NCBI GenBank assembly: GCA_041548245.1
Contig: JBFESZ010000010.1
Coordinates: 1 to 39,262 of the forward strand
Reading direction: 5' to 3'
Source of the DNA: Sulfurimonadaceae bacterium
GTDB lineage: Bacteria; Campylobacterota; Campylobacteria; Campylobacterales; Sulfurimonadaceae
Length of the DNA: 39,262 nt
Part shown: positions 28,564 through 37,810 of the stretch, piece after piece
How positions within the stretch are numbered: position 1 is the stretch's first letter
How the letters are laid out: every line of letters begins with the position of its first letter
Translations under genes and position numbers: made by a program
The notes under the pieces: model-generated
Told to the model about the DNA's origin: nothing
Seen by the model: the letters and a program-made list of their open reading frames with translations, nothing else
Databases searched by the model: none

Positions 28564-29211
28564 TTAGTATTTTACGGCTGCAGTGTACAACCATCTGTCC
28601 AAAGAGGCTTGCAGCTGCTTAAATTCAAGGTCGTCTGCACTCGTATGTACCTCTTCTTCCATAATAACACGCATCGAGCGCGCAAGTGGTTTGTTGCTCA
28701 TAGCATCAGAGATACGTGCCTCAATTAAAAGGCGCACCGTACCCTCTTGGTATCTCTTTCGCGTCATATCATTCAAAGCCAACGGCAATGCCCTTAAATT
28801 ATCCCACTCATCATCATCTAGATGAACTTCTACTGCAGAGACAGCGATCTGCATAAGAAGTGTTCCCTTTTGAGCCACATCGACTAAGGTATAGTTAGCA
28901 CTTCTCTTCATAATATTCTTACGATAGGCTGCCGTCGTATAGGCTGCAATCTGCTTATAAAGCCTACACTGCTTAGGTGTCGGTTTTTCTGTATTAGCAA
29001 TGACTTTGATCTCGGGGATGAATATCTTGTCATACAGGCTTAAATCAGCGTTATCCAGGTTCTGAAAGTAGTGGTAACCATGCTTATCAACCTGCTTTAG
29101 TCCCGTATACTCCTTTAAAAAACCTGTTCTTGATTTGATACCTGAAGTTGTACTGCATGCACACAATAGTAAAAGAACACTCACGCCGGTCAATAGTGGA
29201 TATTTCATCAA
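28564..29211 (-). CDS. DUF3313-family lipoprotein
   Basis: Lipobox LCAC, TGFLKEY-x2-L, IEARISDA-x-S; ATGA-coupled to pldA. Confidence 0.75.
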   Translation of the reverse strand: MMKYPLLTGVSVLLLLCACSTTSGIKSRTGFLKEYTGLKQVDKHGYHYFQNLDNADLSLYDKIFIPEIKVIANTEKPTPKQCRLYKQIAAYTTAAYRKNIMKRSANYTLVDVAQKGTLLMQIAVSAVEVHLDDDEWDNLRALPLALNDMTRKRYQEGTVRLLIEARISDAMSNKPLARSMRVIMEEEVHTSADDLEFKQLQASLDRWLYTAAVKY

Positions 29212-30461
29212 AACAACCCTCGAGAGAATGAAAGCCCAAAGGCCACTTTACTCACCTTCCTGTCATAATCTATTAAACTCTCTGCATAGCCATGAAAAGC
29301 CTTCAGATACCAGAAGGTATTTGGTGAGTCTAAGAAAGGCACCGAATAGTTAAACTCTATAGCACCTCTGTTTTCGCTGTTGAGTCTGAGATTATTGCGT
29401 AATAGAAGTCCAAACTGACACTTCTTGTAAAGATAATCAAACTTCATATCCCCGTACCCAAGATAGTTATGTATATCAGGGTTGTCATCACCGCTCGCAT
29501 TCGCTCCATCAACACCTAAAGTACCCTCATAATATCCCTCGGGTTTTTTGCTCTCTGGGATCCTGTACCACAGGCGTGTCGCAAGAAAAAGATTTTTCCA
29601 CTGCCACATTGCTGTTGCATACAAGCGGTTCCAGGAGCGCGATCGATATCCCTCTTGCCCATTGGACTCATGTACAAACCCGAACTTCAGCGCTTTTAAT
29701 CCTAAGAGCTGATCTACCCTTTGGGACGTAGGAAAGGAGATGAACATCTCAGGGAGATAATTCGTCTCCCGAAAAGGTGCTGAATCCGTATAAAGCTGCC
29801 ACCACACTTTTTGCGTATAGGCAAAATATATGAACTCGTTCAGACCAAACAGATCATAACTGAGCTGCTTTTTCAGACTGAACTGGAACTCAACCTCTGT
29901 GTTTTCCTTGTACCGATAGGCATCTTCTGATCCGGGAAGGATATTGTTGGGATGTATGGAAGAAGAGGCTCTAGGCGGTTTTTCCTTCCCATACGAGATG
30001 GGAAGAAAAAAATTGCTCTGATAGGGCTGAAGCCCAAAAAAACCATCATTATTGATTGATTTGATCAGTGCCCTTGTTTCCGATGTACTCGTATCCATTT
30101 TAGCCAGAAGGTACTCATTCCCCCGCTCTATGCTGTCATTTCCGAACTGCTGAGAAACCTGCGAGAGGTATGAGCTGTTTTTGTCTTCAACCTTATCCTC
30201 TTCTATATAATCATAACGCGTTGATGAGAGTTTATACCAATACATTGCCTGCTCATGATCAATAGGTGTTCCATGCCCGTTCTCATACATTTCAGCCAGT
30301 CGATATTGGGCAGCACAGTTATCTTCCTGCGCTTCATTGAAGATAAAAGGAAAGGCTTTTTCATACTCTTTGAGTTTATAATACTGCATACCTTTGATAT
30401 AATCTTCATGATCAGCCAGTAAAAGAGTGCCAAGCAATGCGAACAGCGCAACCTTATTCAT
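29208..30461 (-). CDS. pldA: Outer-membrane phospholipase A1 with an N-terminal Sel1-like repeat
   Basis: EVEFQFSLK, YTQ-x2-WWQ, SAPFRETNY-x-PE, HESNG...SRSWNR catalytic motif, GYAESLIDY, C-terminal Phe; AQYRLAEMYENGHG...AMYWY Sel1 repeat. Confidence 0.9.
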   Translation of the reverse strand: MNKVALFALLGTLLLADHEDYIKGMQYYKLKEYEKAFPFIFNEAQEDNCAAQYRLAEMYENGHGTPIDHEQAMYWYKLSSTRYDYIEEDKVEDKNSSYLSQVSQQFGNDSIERGNEYLLAKMDTSTSETRALIKSINNDGFFGLQPYQSNFFLPISYGKEKPPRASSSIHPNNILPGSEDAYRYKENTEVEFQFSLKKQLSYDLFGLNEFIYFAYTQKVWWQLYTDSAPFRETNYLPEMFISFPTSQRVDQLLGLKALKFGFVHESNGQEGYRSRSWNRLYATAMWQWKNLFLATRLWYRIPESKKPEGYYEGTLGVDGANASGDDNPDIHNYLGYGDMKFDYLYKKCQFGLLLRNNLRLNSENRGAIEFNYSVPFLDSPNTFWYLKAFHGYAESLIDYDRKVSKVAFGLSFSRGLF

Positions 30462-30482
30462 CGAGCATCCCTGTTACACACC

Positions 30483-31106
30483 TTAGAACAGCTCCAGTAT
30501 CTCAAGGGGAGAGGAGAGAAGTTTGTAATGTTCACCCACTGGACTAAAGCCCCAGGTCGCAAAGGCTGATTCGATTCCGGCATGAGATGCGGCTTGCATA
30601 TCCTTTGAGTTATCTCCTATCATTAAGGCTCTATGGGCTTTATCATAACCGTAATCGTTCAGAATAAGCTCAAGCATCTCTTTGTCGGGCTTTGGTTTAC
30701 TGACACGATCAGCACCGACAATAAAATCAAAGACATCAGATACACCACAGCTCTCGAGCATCCTGTATGCAAACTTCGTCGGAGCGTTTGTGGCAACAGA
30801 GAGGTACACATTTTTAGCCTTTAATGCGAGCAAGGACTCCTTTATCCCATCATACAGACGCACATTCTGAATACATTGATCATGGTAGTGTGCTTCAAAC
30901 AACGCTTTGTCACGCTCTTCATACTGTTGTGTCTCATAAAAAAGCTGCGCAAGATTACGCTGATCACGGTTGATCGCCTCAATAACAAAAGCTTCAGTAA
31001 GCGCATCCAGTTTATGGTTCACACGACGTACCTCATTAATAGAGATAGTTATATCCTTGGCTGAGTCAATAAGGGTGCCATCCATGTCAAATATTGCTAT
31101 TTTCAT
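30483..31106 (-). CDS. HAD-family hydrolase (phosphoglycolate phosphatase-like)
   Basis: FDMDGTLIDS, VATN, KPKPD, MIGDN-x2-D, TWGF. Confidence 0.88.
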   Translation of the reverse strand: MKIAIFDMDGTLIDSAKDITISINEVRRVNHKLDALTEAFVIEAINRDQRNLAQLFYETQQYEERDKALFEAHYHDQCIQNVRLYDGIKESLLALKAKNVYLSVATNAPTKFAYRMLESCGVSDVFDFIVGADRVSKPKPDKEMLELILNDYGYDKAHRALMIGDNSKDMQAASHAGIESAFATWGFSPVGEHYKLLSSPLEILELF

Positions 31107-31114
31107 ACCTAATA

Positions 31115-32077
31115 CTACAGCTTCATCTTATTATAGAGTTCGACCAACGCCTCCACGAAATAAGGATGGTCGTTTACACATGGTGCGACTTTATATTTTT
31201 TAAAACCAAGCTCTTGTGCGATCTCTTTATACTCCACACCCAACTCAAAATCCGTTTCGGAATTATCTATTGTAAATGCGATAGGATAGATGAGTACGTT
31301 TTCATTGCGCGTCTTATCAAGTGTCATCTCCAATGAAGGTTCTAACCATGCCATCGGCCCCACTTTCGATTGGTAAGCCAGTGTGACGTTTTTAAAGTGC
31401 AGACCCTTTTGAAAAAGCTTCTCTTTTAAAAGTTCCACGTGACGTTCCACATGACGCTGATAAGGGTCCCCTGCATCGACGATCTTCTGAGGCAAGCCAT
31501 GCGCAGAAAAGATCAAGTGGTAATCTTCACATTTATCTCCCTCTAAACCTTCGATGATACGCTCGATTACCGCGTCATTATATTTAGGCAGCTCGTAATA
31601 ATGTTTTTTCTCCAATAAAACAGCATCCAGGCCAGAGGCATGAAAGGCTTGCTCGAAGTCCTCCAAAGATGACTTCGTCGTTGTTGTCGAGAATTGAGGA
31701 TAAAGCGGAATAAGAAAAATTTTTTCTATCCCCTTCTCTTTAAGCTTTTCAATCACTTCTGGAGCGAATGGCGGAGTGTACCGCATCACATAATCAATAT
31801 AGACGTCAGGAAGTACTTTTTGCAAAGCAGAGACAAGCTTTTTCGTATGACCGACAATGGGTGATTTCCCTCCAAGCTGCCTGTATATCTCCTGCGAGGA
31901 TTCGGTTCTGAAAAAAGTGATCATCGTTGCGACAAACTTTCGCAACAGACTGCTCTTCATCGTCAAAATATTGGGGTCATTGAACATATTTTCTAAAAAG
32001 ACTTCAACTTCCATGAGGTTGTTGGGACCGCCCATATTAAGTAGTATAATCGCTTCTTTGCTTGTTTTGTTCATCAT
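31115..32077 (-). CDS. hemH: Ferrochelatase
   Basis: LLNMGGP, MRY-x2-P, PLYPQFS, FSAHGLP, YQSKVGP-x2-WLEP, DNSET-x2-EL. Confidence 0.97.
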   Translation of the reverse strand: MMNKTSKEAIILLNMGGPNNLMEVEVFLENMFNDPNILTMKSSLLRKFVATMITFFRTESSQEIYRQLGGKSPIVGHTKKLVSALQKVLPDVYIDYVMRYTPPFAPEVIEKLKEKGIEKIFLIPLYPQFSTTTTKSSLEDFEQAFHASGLDAVLLEKKHYYELPKYNDAVIERIIEGLEGDKCEDYHLIFSAHGLPQKIVDAGDPYQRHVERHVELLKEKLFQKGLHFKNVTLAYQSKVGPMAWLEPSLEMTLDKTRNENVLIYPIAFTIDNSETDFELGVEYKEIAQELGFKKYKVAPCVNDHPYFVEALVELYNKMKL

Positions 32078-32883
32078 TACTCTTTTTCTAAAACTTGTTT
32101 TATATGCTCAACGACATCGGAATTAAAAAGGATGTCGTTATGGCTGATCTTGTCATATTCATAAAAACCGGCCAAATTGTTTACTTGATCTTTTAACATT
32201 TTAGCATGTTTAATATTAACTACCTCGTCATCGCTTGAGGCATAGATATGTATCGGCACATCAATATGTGGCACAAAGTCTACCGAAGGGAACTTTTGCT
32301 TCAAAATCCATCCTATTCCGCTGAAAGGATAGCGTTTTTTTATCACTTCATACACAGAATCGTATGGTGCCATAAGCAAAATCTCTCTTACCTGACGTTG
32401 CGAACCTAAAAAAGAGGCCACACCTGTCCCTAAGGAGTATCCCATCAGTATGATGTTCTCCGGCCTATACCCAAAACGGATAATAAGATCATCGTAAATA
32501 TGTATTGCATCTGTAAAGAGCTTGCTTTGCGATGGTTTCCCTTCACTTTTTCCATAACCTCTGTAATTATAATTGATAAAAGGCATGTCGGGATAATGTG
32601 TTGCAAACTTTTCGACCAAAGCGACAGAGTCTTGCTGAACACCGCCAAAATAGAGTATGATTTTGTCCGAAGCACTCTGTGGCTGATATAAGACCCCTTC
32701 AAGAAGTGTGTCATCTTCTGAAGGAAGATTCAAAAAGCTTAAACTCTCATCCAATGCCTTGATCTTTTGTTCATCTCTATAATAAACCGGTGAGAATAGA
32801 AACCGTGTCTGAAACAAAAAGAGTACAAGCATTACCAAAGCATACAGCAGCAAACATATTCCGATAAAACTCAGCAGTGTCAT
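32077..32883 (-). CDS. Membrane-anchored alpha/beta hydrolase
   Basis: N-terminal TM, YRGYGKSEG-x-PS, GYSLG nucleophile, DEVV and HND; start at 32883 (ATGA overlap). Confidence 0.88.
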   Translation of the reverse strand: MTLLSFIGICLLLYALVMLVLFLFQTRFLFSPVYYRDEQKIKALDESLSFLNLPSEDDTLLEGVLYQPQSASDKIILYFGGVQQDSVALVEKFATHYPDMPFINYNYRGYGKSEGKPSQSKLFTDAIHIYDDLIIRFGYRPENIILMGYSLGTGVASFLGSQRQVREILLMAPYDSVYEVIKKRYPFSGIGWILKQKFPSVDFVPHIDVPIHIYASSDDEVVNIKHAKMLKDQVNNLAGFYEYDKISHNDILFNSDVVEHIKQVLEKE

Positions 32884-33995
32884 AACATAGCCTCTCTCTT
32901 CACCCATCTATAAAAAAAACGTTTTGGACTCAAATACTCCGGAAGTGCTTTTTGATCGATTAAATGATCAGTCATCACTTTGGCAAGATAGGGAGCAAGC
33001 ACAAAACCGTAACCGCCGACTCCATTGAGCATATATAGCCCGGGGTGATACTCAAGGTCTGTATTTTTATTGCCCTTGAGTAGATCGGGTGACTTGTCGA
33101 GGCTCTCATACGCTTTGATAAGAGATCCCACAATTGGAAGGTAATCATTAGATCCCGAACGCATGCCCGAAAAAGATCGGATCAATTGGATATCATCGAG
33201 TTTGACACTTTTTTTGGCCAAGGCGATCAAATCAGATGCCCCCTCCTCCTTTGAAGGCATCAGCGCTTCTTCAAGGAAATGGCTCGCACCAAGAGAGATA
33301 CATCCGTTCTTCTTGGTTGCCGAGACAGAGACCTCATGATGGACTGTCGCACGCATTAATGTCGAACTCTCGATTTCACAGCGCTGACCGAATATACGTC
33401 GCAGTTTAATATAGGGTTCTTTGATGATCTCGTCATAAGCTCCCGTACAAAGCACAAGCCGCTTCGCCCGGTAAGAGTCGACATGCCAATATCCCTCTTC
33501 GTACCTGGCATCTTTGACACTGAACTTCACTCTTTTTATCCCCTCAAGCATCGCCTCACATACTTCTTTCGCTTCAACCACAGCGCTGTCTTTGATATAA
33601 ACGTTAGAAAAGGAGGATGCGTATGGGGTGAGCTTAGATGCAAGCTCAGGTGGCAGTTCATCTGTCTGTAAAGAGGTATGCTTCTTAAAATATTCGACTT
33701 TCTCATTTTCATCCACATACTTCGCGATATGCAACAGAGGGGCTGGGGTTATATACTCTGGAAAATGCTTGTTGTAGAAAGGAAGTGCATACAAGTATGC
33801 GGTTTCGATCAGCTCCTTAAGAGGGCCTGACTTTGATATCTTCGGGTTAATAAAGGCCCCTGCCGCCCCGCTGCCGCCTGAAGCAACGGCATCTTGTTCC
33901 AGTACAAGAATGTTCTGTAATCTGCTCTTTAGTGTATGAGCCAAAGTACAACCATTGATACCCGCACCGACGATGATGATATCAAAAGTCTGCAT
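32880..33995 (-). CDS. FAD-dependent oxidoreductase (DAO family), like the MnmC C-terminal oxidase domain
   Basis: GAGING FAD motif, ASGGSG-x2-G, GMRS-x3-DYLPIVG, G-x-GGYGF-x-LAPYLA, P-x-RF. Confidence 0.78.
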   Translation of the reverse strand: MQTFDIIIVGAGINGCTLAHTLKSRLQNILVLEQDAVASGGSGAAGAFINPKISKSGPLKELIETAYLYALPFYNKHFPEYITPAPLLHIAKYVDENEKVEYFKKHTSLQTDELPPELASKLTPYASSFSNVYIKDSAVVEAKEVCEAMLEGIKRVKFSVKDARYEEGYWHVDSYRAKRLVLCTGAYDEIIKEPYIKLRRIFGQRCEIESSTLMRATVHHEVSVSATKKNGCISLGASHFLEEALMPSKEEGASDLIALAKKSVKLDDIQLIRSFSGMRSGSNDYLPIVGSLIKAYESLDKSPDLLKGNKNTDLEYHPGLYMLNGVGGYGFVLAPYLAKVMTDHLIDQKALPEYLSPKRFFYRWVKREAML

Positions 33996-33998
33996 TAT

Positions 33999-36014
33999 CT
34001 AGATCGATATCTCTTTGATATCCGCAACAGACTTAAAGCTTTTATAGACTGATGAGACAAGGTGTTTACGGTTGTTTCTGATCTTTTCGTCATCAGCATT
34101 GACCATGACTTTGTCAAAAAAGGCATCGAGCTGCGGTTTTAACGAAAAGAGGGCTTCAAAATGTGTCTCATAGTCATCATACTCCTCAAAAACCACTCTT
34201 TGATATGCATCAAATAAAGCTGTTTCCGCTTCGTTTTCAAAAAGCCCGATGTCGATAGCAAGCTCACTATCGAGATTGACATCTTTAGTGATATTCGCGA
34301 CACGCTTAAATGTTGAAAAACTTTCAGAAAAACTCTCTGAGTTTACAATACTGTCTAAGGCCTTTATCTTGGCATCAATGACACAGATTTGCAGTTCATT
34401 TGCCGCGATAACCGCTTTGATAATAGATGGGTTGACTTTATAGAACTGGTTGATACGCTCTAGGAAGAACTCTTGCAGCCGTGCATAATCGAACTGCTCA
34501 TATTCGCTTCCAAACATATCTTTTAAAGAGGCAATATCAAAGTCAAAGCCATATGCATTGACAATACGAATTATCCCGTTTACAGCACGTCTAAGCGCAA
34601 ACGGGTCACGTGAGCCTGTCGGTATCTGATCAACACTGAACAGCCCTATAAGCGTGTCGATCTTGTTGGCCAAAGCGACAACAGCACTGACCGGCGTAGA
34701 AGGAAGTTCTGCGTCTTCTCCATTTGGAAGATACTGCTCTTTGATCGCCAGGGCGACCATTTCATCCTCATTCTGTGCCAAGGCATAGTAGTAGCCCATA
34801 AGTCCCTGAAGTTCAGTAAACTCAAAGACCACTTCACTCATCAGATCAGCCTTTGAGAGCTCTATTGCACGTTCAACGCTTGCCGTATTGACACCATATG
34901 CCGCAGCCAGTATCTTGCCGATCTTCTTCTCTCTTTGGATCTTGTCAAGTAAACTACCCAGTCCGTTCATAAAAGTGACTTTTTCCAGACCGTCATTGAT
35001 CAAAGTACGCTTAAGGTCATTGTCATAGAAGAAAAGGCCATCAGCTAAACGCGGACGAAGAACCTTTTCATTCCCTTCGATCACTTTTGTAAAGTCATCT
35101 GTCAAGGCGTTTGATACGACAATAAACTTGTTCGTCAGTTTACCTGCTTTAAACACAGGGAAATAACGCTGGTGCTCTTTCATAGACGCAATAATAACTT
35201 CGGCAGGAAGGCGCAAGAATGCTTCATCAAAACTTCCCATCAAGGCAGTTGGATGTTCAGTAATAGCGACAACTTCGTTCAGAAGTTCTTCATCTCTTTC
35301 TATCGTTACACCGGACTCTTTTTCAATAGTATCAAAACCTTCAAGGATGATCTCACGTCGTTTTGACGGGAAAAGCGTCACAGCAGAAGCTTCAAGAAGA
35401 TCAAAATATGCTTTTGCCCCGGACACCTCTTGTGGACCGAATGAAGCGATACGATGCACGTAGGTATGCTTTTGCGATTTGACGCCAAAAAGTTCGACAT
35501 CTACAAGTTCATCGTTGATCATGACGTTCAGCCATCTTATCGGTCGGATAAAACTTTTTTCAAGGCTTCCCCAGCGCATAGATTTTCCAAAGTTAAGATT
35601 CTCTACAAACTCGCTGATCATCTCTTCAAGCAAAAGCCTACTCTGCTGTCCAGTTATCTCTTTTTTATAGTAAAGGACCTCTTTACCACCTTTTTCACTG
35701 CGTGAGAGCTCATCCACATTCACACCGCATTTGCGGGCAAAACCTTCACACGCCTTTGTCGGTTTTCCATCAGCATCGAATGCCATCTCGACAGGCGCAC
35801 CAAAAAACTCTTCAAAGGTATCAGGTTGAGAGGTGTTGAACTCCCTGTGCCATAGGACCAAACGCCGCGGCGTATAGTAAAACTCGAAAGCACATACAAG
35901 AGACTTCTGCTCAAGTATCTTTGTCCATTTCTTCTCTATATTCTCTAACTCTTTTAGTAAAGGAACAGCGGGTAATTCTTCAACACCAATCTCAATTAAC
36001 AGTGGTTGCAACAT
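33999..36014 (-). CDS. glyS: Glycine-tRNA ligase beta subunit
   Basis: LLIEIGVEELP, TPRRL, KSMRWG, HQRYF, EFTELQG-x-MG, TGSRDPFALRR, VMVN-x-DD-x2-IRNNR. Confidence 0.97.
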   Translation of the reverse strand: MLQPLLIEIGVEELPAVPLLKELENIEKKWTKILEQKSLVCAFEFYYTPRRLVLWHREFNTSQPDTFEEFFGAPVEMAFDADGKPTKACEGFARKCGVNVDELSRSEKGGKEVLYYKKEITGQQSRLLLEEMISEFVENLNFGKSMRWGSLEKSFIRPIRWLNVMINDELVDVELFGVKSQKHTYVHRIASFGPQEVSGAKAYFDLLEASAVTLFPSKRREIILEGFDTIEKESGVTIERDEELLNEVVAITEHPTALMGSFDEAFLRLPAEVIIASMKEHQRYFPVFKAGKLTNKFIVVSNALTDDFTKVIEGNEKVLRPRLADGLFFYDNDLKRTLINDGLEKVTFMNGLGSLLDKIQREKKIGKILAAAYGVNTASVERAIELSKADLMSEVVFEFTELQGLMGYYYALAQNEDEMVALAIKEQYLPNGEDAELPSTPVSAVVALANKIDTLIGLFSVDQIPTGSRDPFALRRAVNGIIRIVNAYGFDFDIASLKDMFGSEYEQFDYARLQEFFLERINQFYKVNPSIIKAVIAANELQICVIDAKIKALDSIVNSESFSESFSTFKRVANITKDVNLDSELAIDIGLFENEAETALFDAYQRVVFEEYDDYETHFEALFSLKPQLDAFFDKVMVNADDEKIRNNRKHLVSSVYKSFKSVADIKEISI

Positions 36015-36231
36015 CAATAAACCTTAATTTTTAGAAGCTTTGTCTTTATAATTTTGTGATTCTATCCAATTATGGGTTAAACTTTGTTGACCCGCCAACT
36101 TCGCAGACAATATCTTTCATATCGATCTTCTCCCTTTAATCTAGATGAAACTAGAATTAACTTTAAAAACTTATGTTTAATTAAATATTCAGAAGGATAC
36201 AATACCGCATAATTTCAATTAGGAGCAGAAA

Positions 36232-36618
36232 ATGCCAAAGATTAACAAATATGTAGATATCGATACAGTTGAGCGTGAAGCTAAAAAAGATTTAATCGAC
36301 CGTCACTCTCCATTCATCACTGTAAACGGTGACGCTAAAAAAGGTGAGATGCTTGCAGTTAACGTTAAAATGGGTCAAGAGTATACTCACCCGGATGATT
36401 TCGATCACTTCATCCAAAGCATCACTCTTTTTGACGGTGAAACTAAACTTGCTGCTGCTGAGTTTGTTCCAGGTACACTTGGTAACGAAAAATCTCACGC
36501 TGAAGTAACATTCAACATCCGTCCAATGGGTAAAAAACTTAACCTTATCGCTCACGGTTACTGTACTAAACACGGTATCTGGGAATCAACTCCAGTTGAA
36601 GTAGAAGTGGCTCAATAA
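36232..36618 (+). CDS. Class II SORL (neelaredoxin/superoxide reductase-like) protein
   Basis: RHSP, HP-x4-HFIQ and YCTKHGIW iron-ligand motifs; AGGAG RBS; codon usage like a highly expressed gene. Confidence 0.88.
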   Translation: MPKINKYVDIDTVEREAKKDLIDRHSPFITVNGDAKKGEMLAVNVKMGQEYTHPDDFDHFIQSITLFDGETKLAAAEFVPGTLGNEKSHAEVTFNIRPMGKKLNLIAHGYCTKHGIWESTPVEVEVAQ

Positions 36619-36631
36619 TCCCTTCTTTTTC

Positions 36632-36658
36632 GACAGGCGAAAGCCTGTCACTCTCTTT
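36632..36658 (+). terminator. Intrinsic terminator after the SOR-like gene
   Basis: GACAGGC-GAAA-GCCTGTC stem with a GNRA loop, followed by ACTCTCTTT. Confidence 0.7.
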
Positions 36659-36696
36659 GGACTTTCCTCTTTATTTTTCAGGCCATATCCCAAATC

Positions 36697-36975
36697 CTAT
36701 TCTTTAATGATCTCATCCATAGCCCTTAAAAGGCCCTCTTTATATTCCGAATCTCTTAAGGCGTCTATCTTTTCTTTCTGCTTGCTAATGAGTGAAAAAA
36801 ATTCCCTCTGTGTCTGTTCATCATACTCTTTTTGTTTGCTGATATAGTACCAGCACAGCTCATTTATCCACTCACCAACCTTCACGTACCCCTTATCAAA
36901 ATCATTTGGTTTCTTGGCAAATTTATGATGCGACACCTTAACATAAAGATTACTACTCAGTTTTTCAAAATCCAT
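36697..36975 (-). CDS. Hypothetical protein (92 aa, helical)
   Basis: ATG with a GAGA RBS, protein-like composition; no family recognised. Confidence 0.7.
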   Translation of the reverse strand: MDFEKLSSNLYVKVSHHKFAKKPNDFDKGYVKVGEWINELCWYYISKQKEYDEQTQREFFSLISKQKEKIDALRDSEYKEGLLRAMDEIIKE

Positions 36976-36988
36976 GTCTCATCATATC

Positions 36989-36997
36989 TGTTATAAT
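36989..36997 (+). promoter_or_regulatory. Extended -10 promoter (TGtTATAAT) for the 37034 gene
   Basis: Perfect TGnTATAAT 36 nt upstream of the ATG, with a GAGAG RBS. Confidence 0.55.
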
Positions 36998-37033
36998 CAT
37001 ACAGTACTAAAAATATGACAAAAGAGAGCTTTT

Positions 37034-37378
37034 ATGAAGACTATATATGAAATAGAGAATAGGTTATCGTACTTCATAGACAAAATCAATGACGGTGATA
37101 CGGAGTTTACACAGAAAGAGAAGAATGAATTCGAACAGTTGAAATCCCTGCTGAATAAAATAATGGATGACGGCACAAAAGTCCAGGCTAATCTGCAGGA
37201 GCTGGAGAGTAAATATTGCGAAGAGTTCGCAAAGATCGAGCATAAGACACATACCACTGCGATACAGGTCTCCAAGAAATCAGCAGATCTTTTGAAGAAG
37301 ATCAAGCATGACATCCCTGAAGTCAACTCTTATGAAGAGGCCCTGGACTACTTGATATCACATTATTACAAAGAGTAA
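37034..37378 (+). CDS. Hypothetical protein: N-terminal helical/coiled-coil region and C-terminal ribbon-helix-helix-like domain
   Basis: TTAIQVSKKSADLLKKIK-x6-NSYEEALDYLI matches the RHH strand-helix-turn-helix pattern. Confidence 0.65.
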   Translation: MKTIYEIENRLSYFIDKINDGDTEFTQKEKNEFEQLKSLLNKIMDDGTKVQANLQELESKYCEEFAKIEHKTHTTAIQVSKKSADLLKKIKHDIPEVNSYEEALDYLISHYYKE

Positions 37379-37411
37379 AACTCTTTCTCTTAAAGGGTAT
37401 ACTGTTCGGCT

Positions 37412-37810
37412 CTATGATCTGAATATTTTCTCTCTTAAAGACTCAAGCGTATCGATGAAGTCCATGAACTTCACCGGTTTATCCAGATGGGCATCACAGA
37501 CAATCTCACTATCATCAAGGTCACTGTCAAGCGCCGTCATCACAATTATCACGACATCCTTGTCCAATTCTCTGAGTTTTCTGATCATTTCACGTCCACC
37601 CATTTCAGGCATTTTCAAGTCGGTGATCACGACGGAATACTTTTTCTCTTGAAAGCGTCTCAGACCATCCTGTCCGTTAACAGCACAGTCGATATTGGAA
37701 AATATATTCCCCAGAAATTCCGATGTAGCATCTCTAACATCAACTTCGTCCTCTACATAAAGTAGGTTTATCTTTGCAAGATCGTTTTTCAAATCTTCTA
37801 GCTTACTCAT
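37412..37810 (-). CDS. Single-domain response regulator
   Basis: LLYVEDE, ITDLKMP, MTA and KP motifs; no output domain; start refined to 37810. Confidence 0.9.
   Translation of the reverse strand: MSKLEDLKNDLAKINLLYVEDEVDVRDATSEFLGNIFSNIDCAVNGQDGLRRFQEKKYSVVITDLKMPEMGGREMIRKLRELDKDVVIIVMTALDSDLDDSEIVCDAHLDKPVKFMDFIDTLESLREKIFRS

Noticed and set aside
36997..37326. 109-aa minus-strand ORF opposite the RHH-like gene
   Set aside because: Ser/Phe/Cys-rich antisense shadow; the plus-strand ORF has the promoter, RBS and normal composition.
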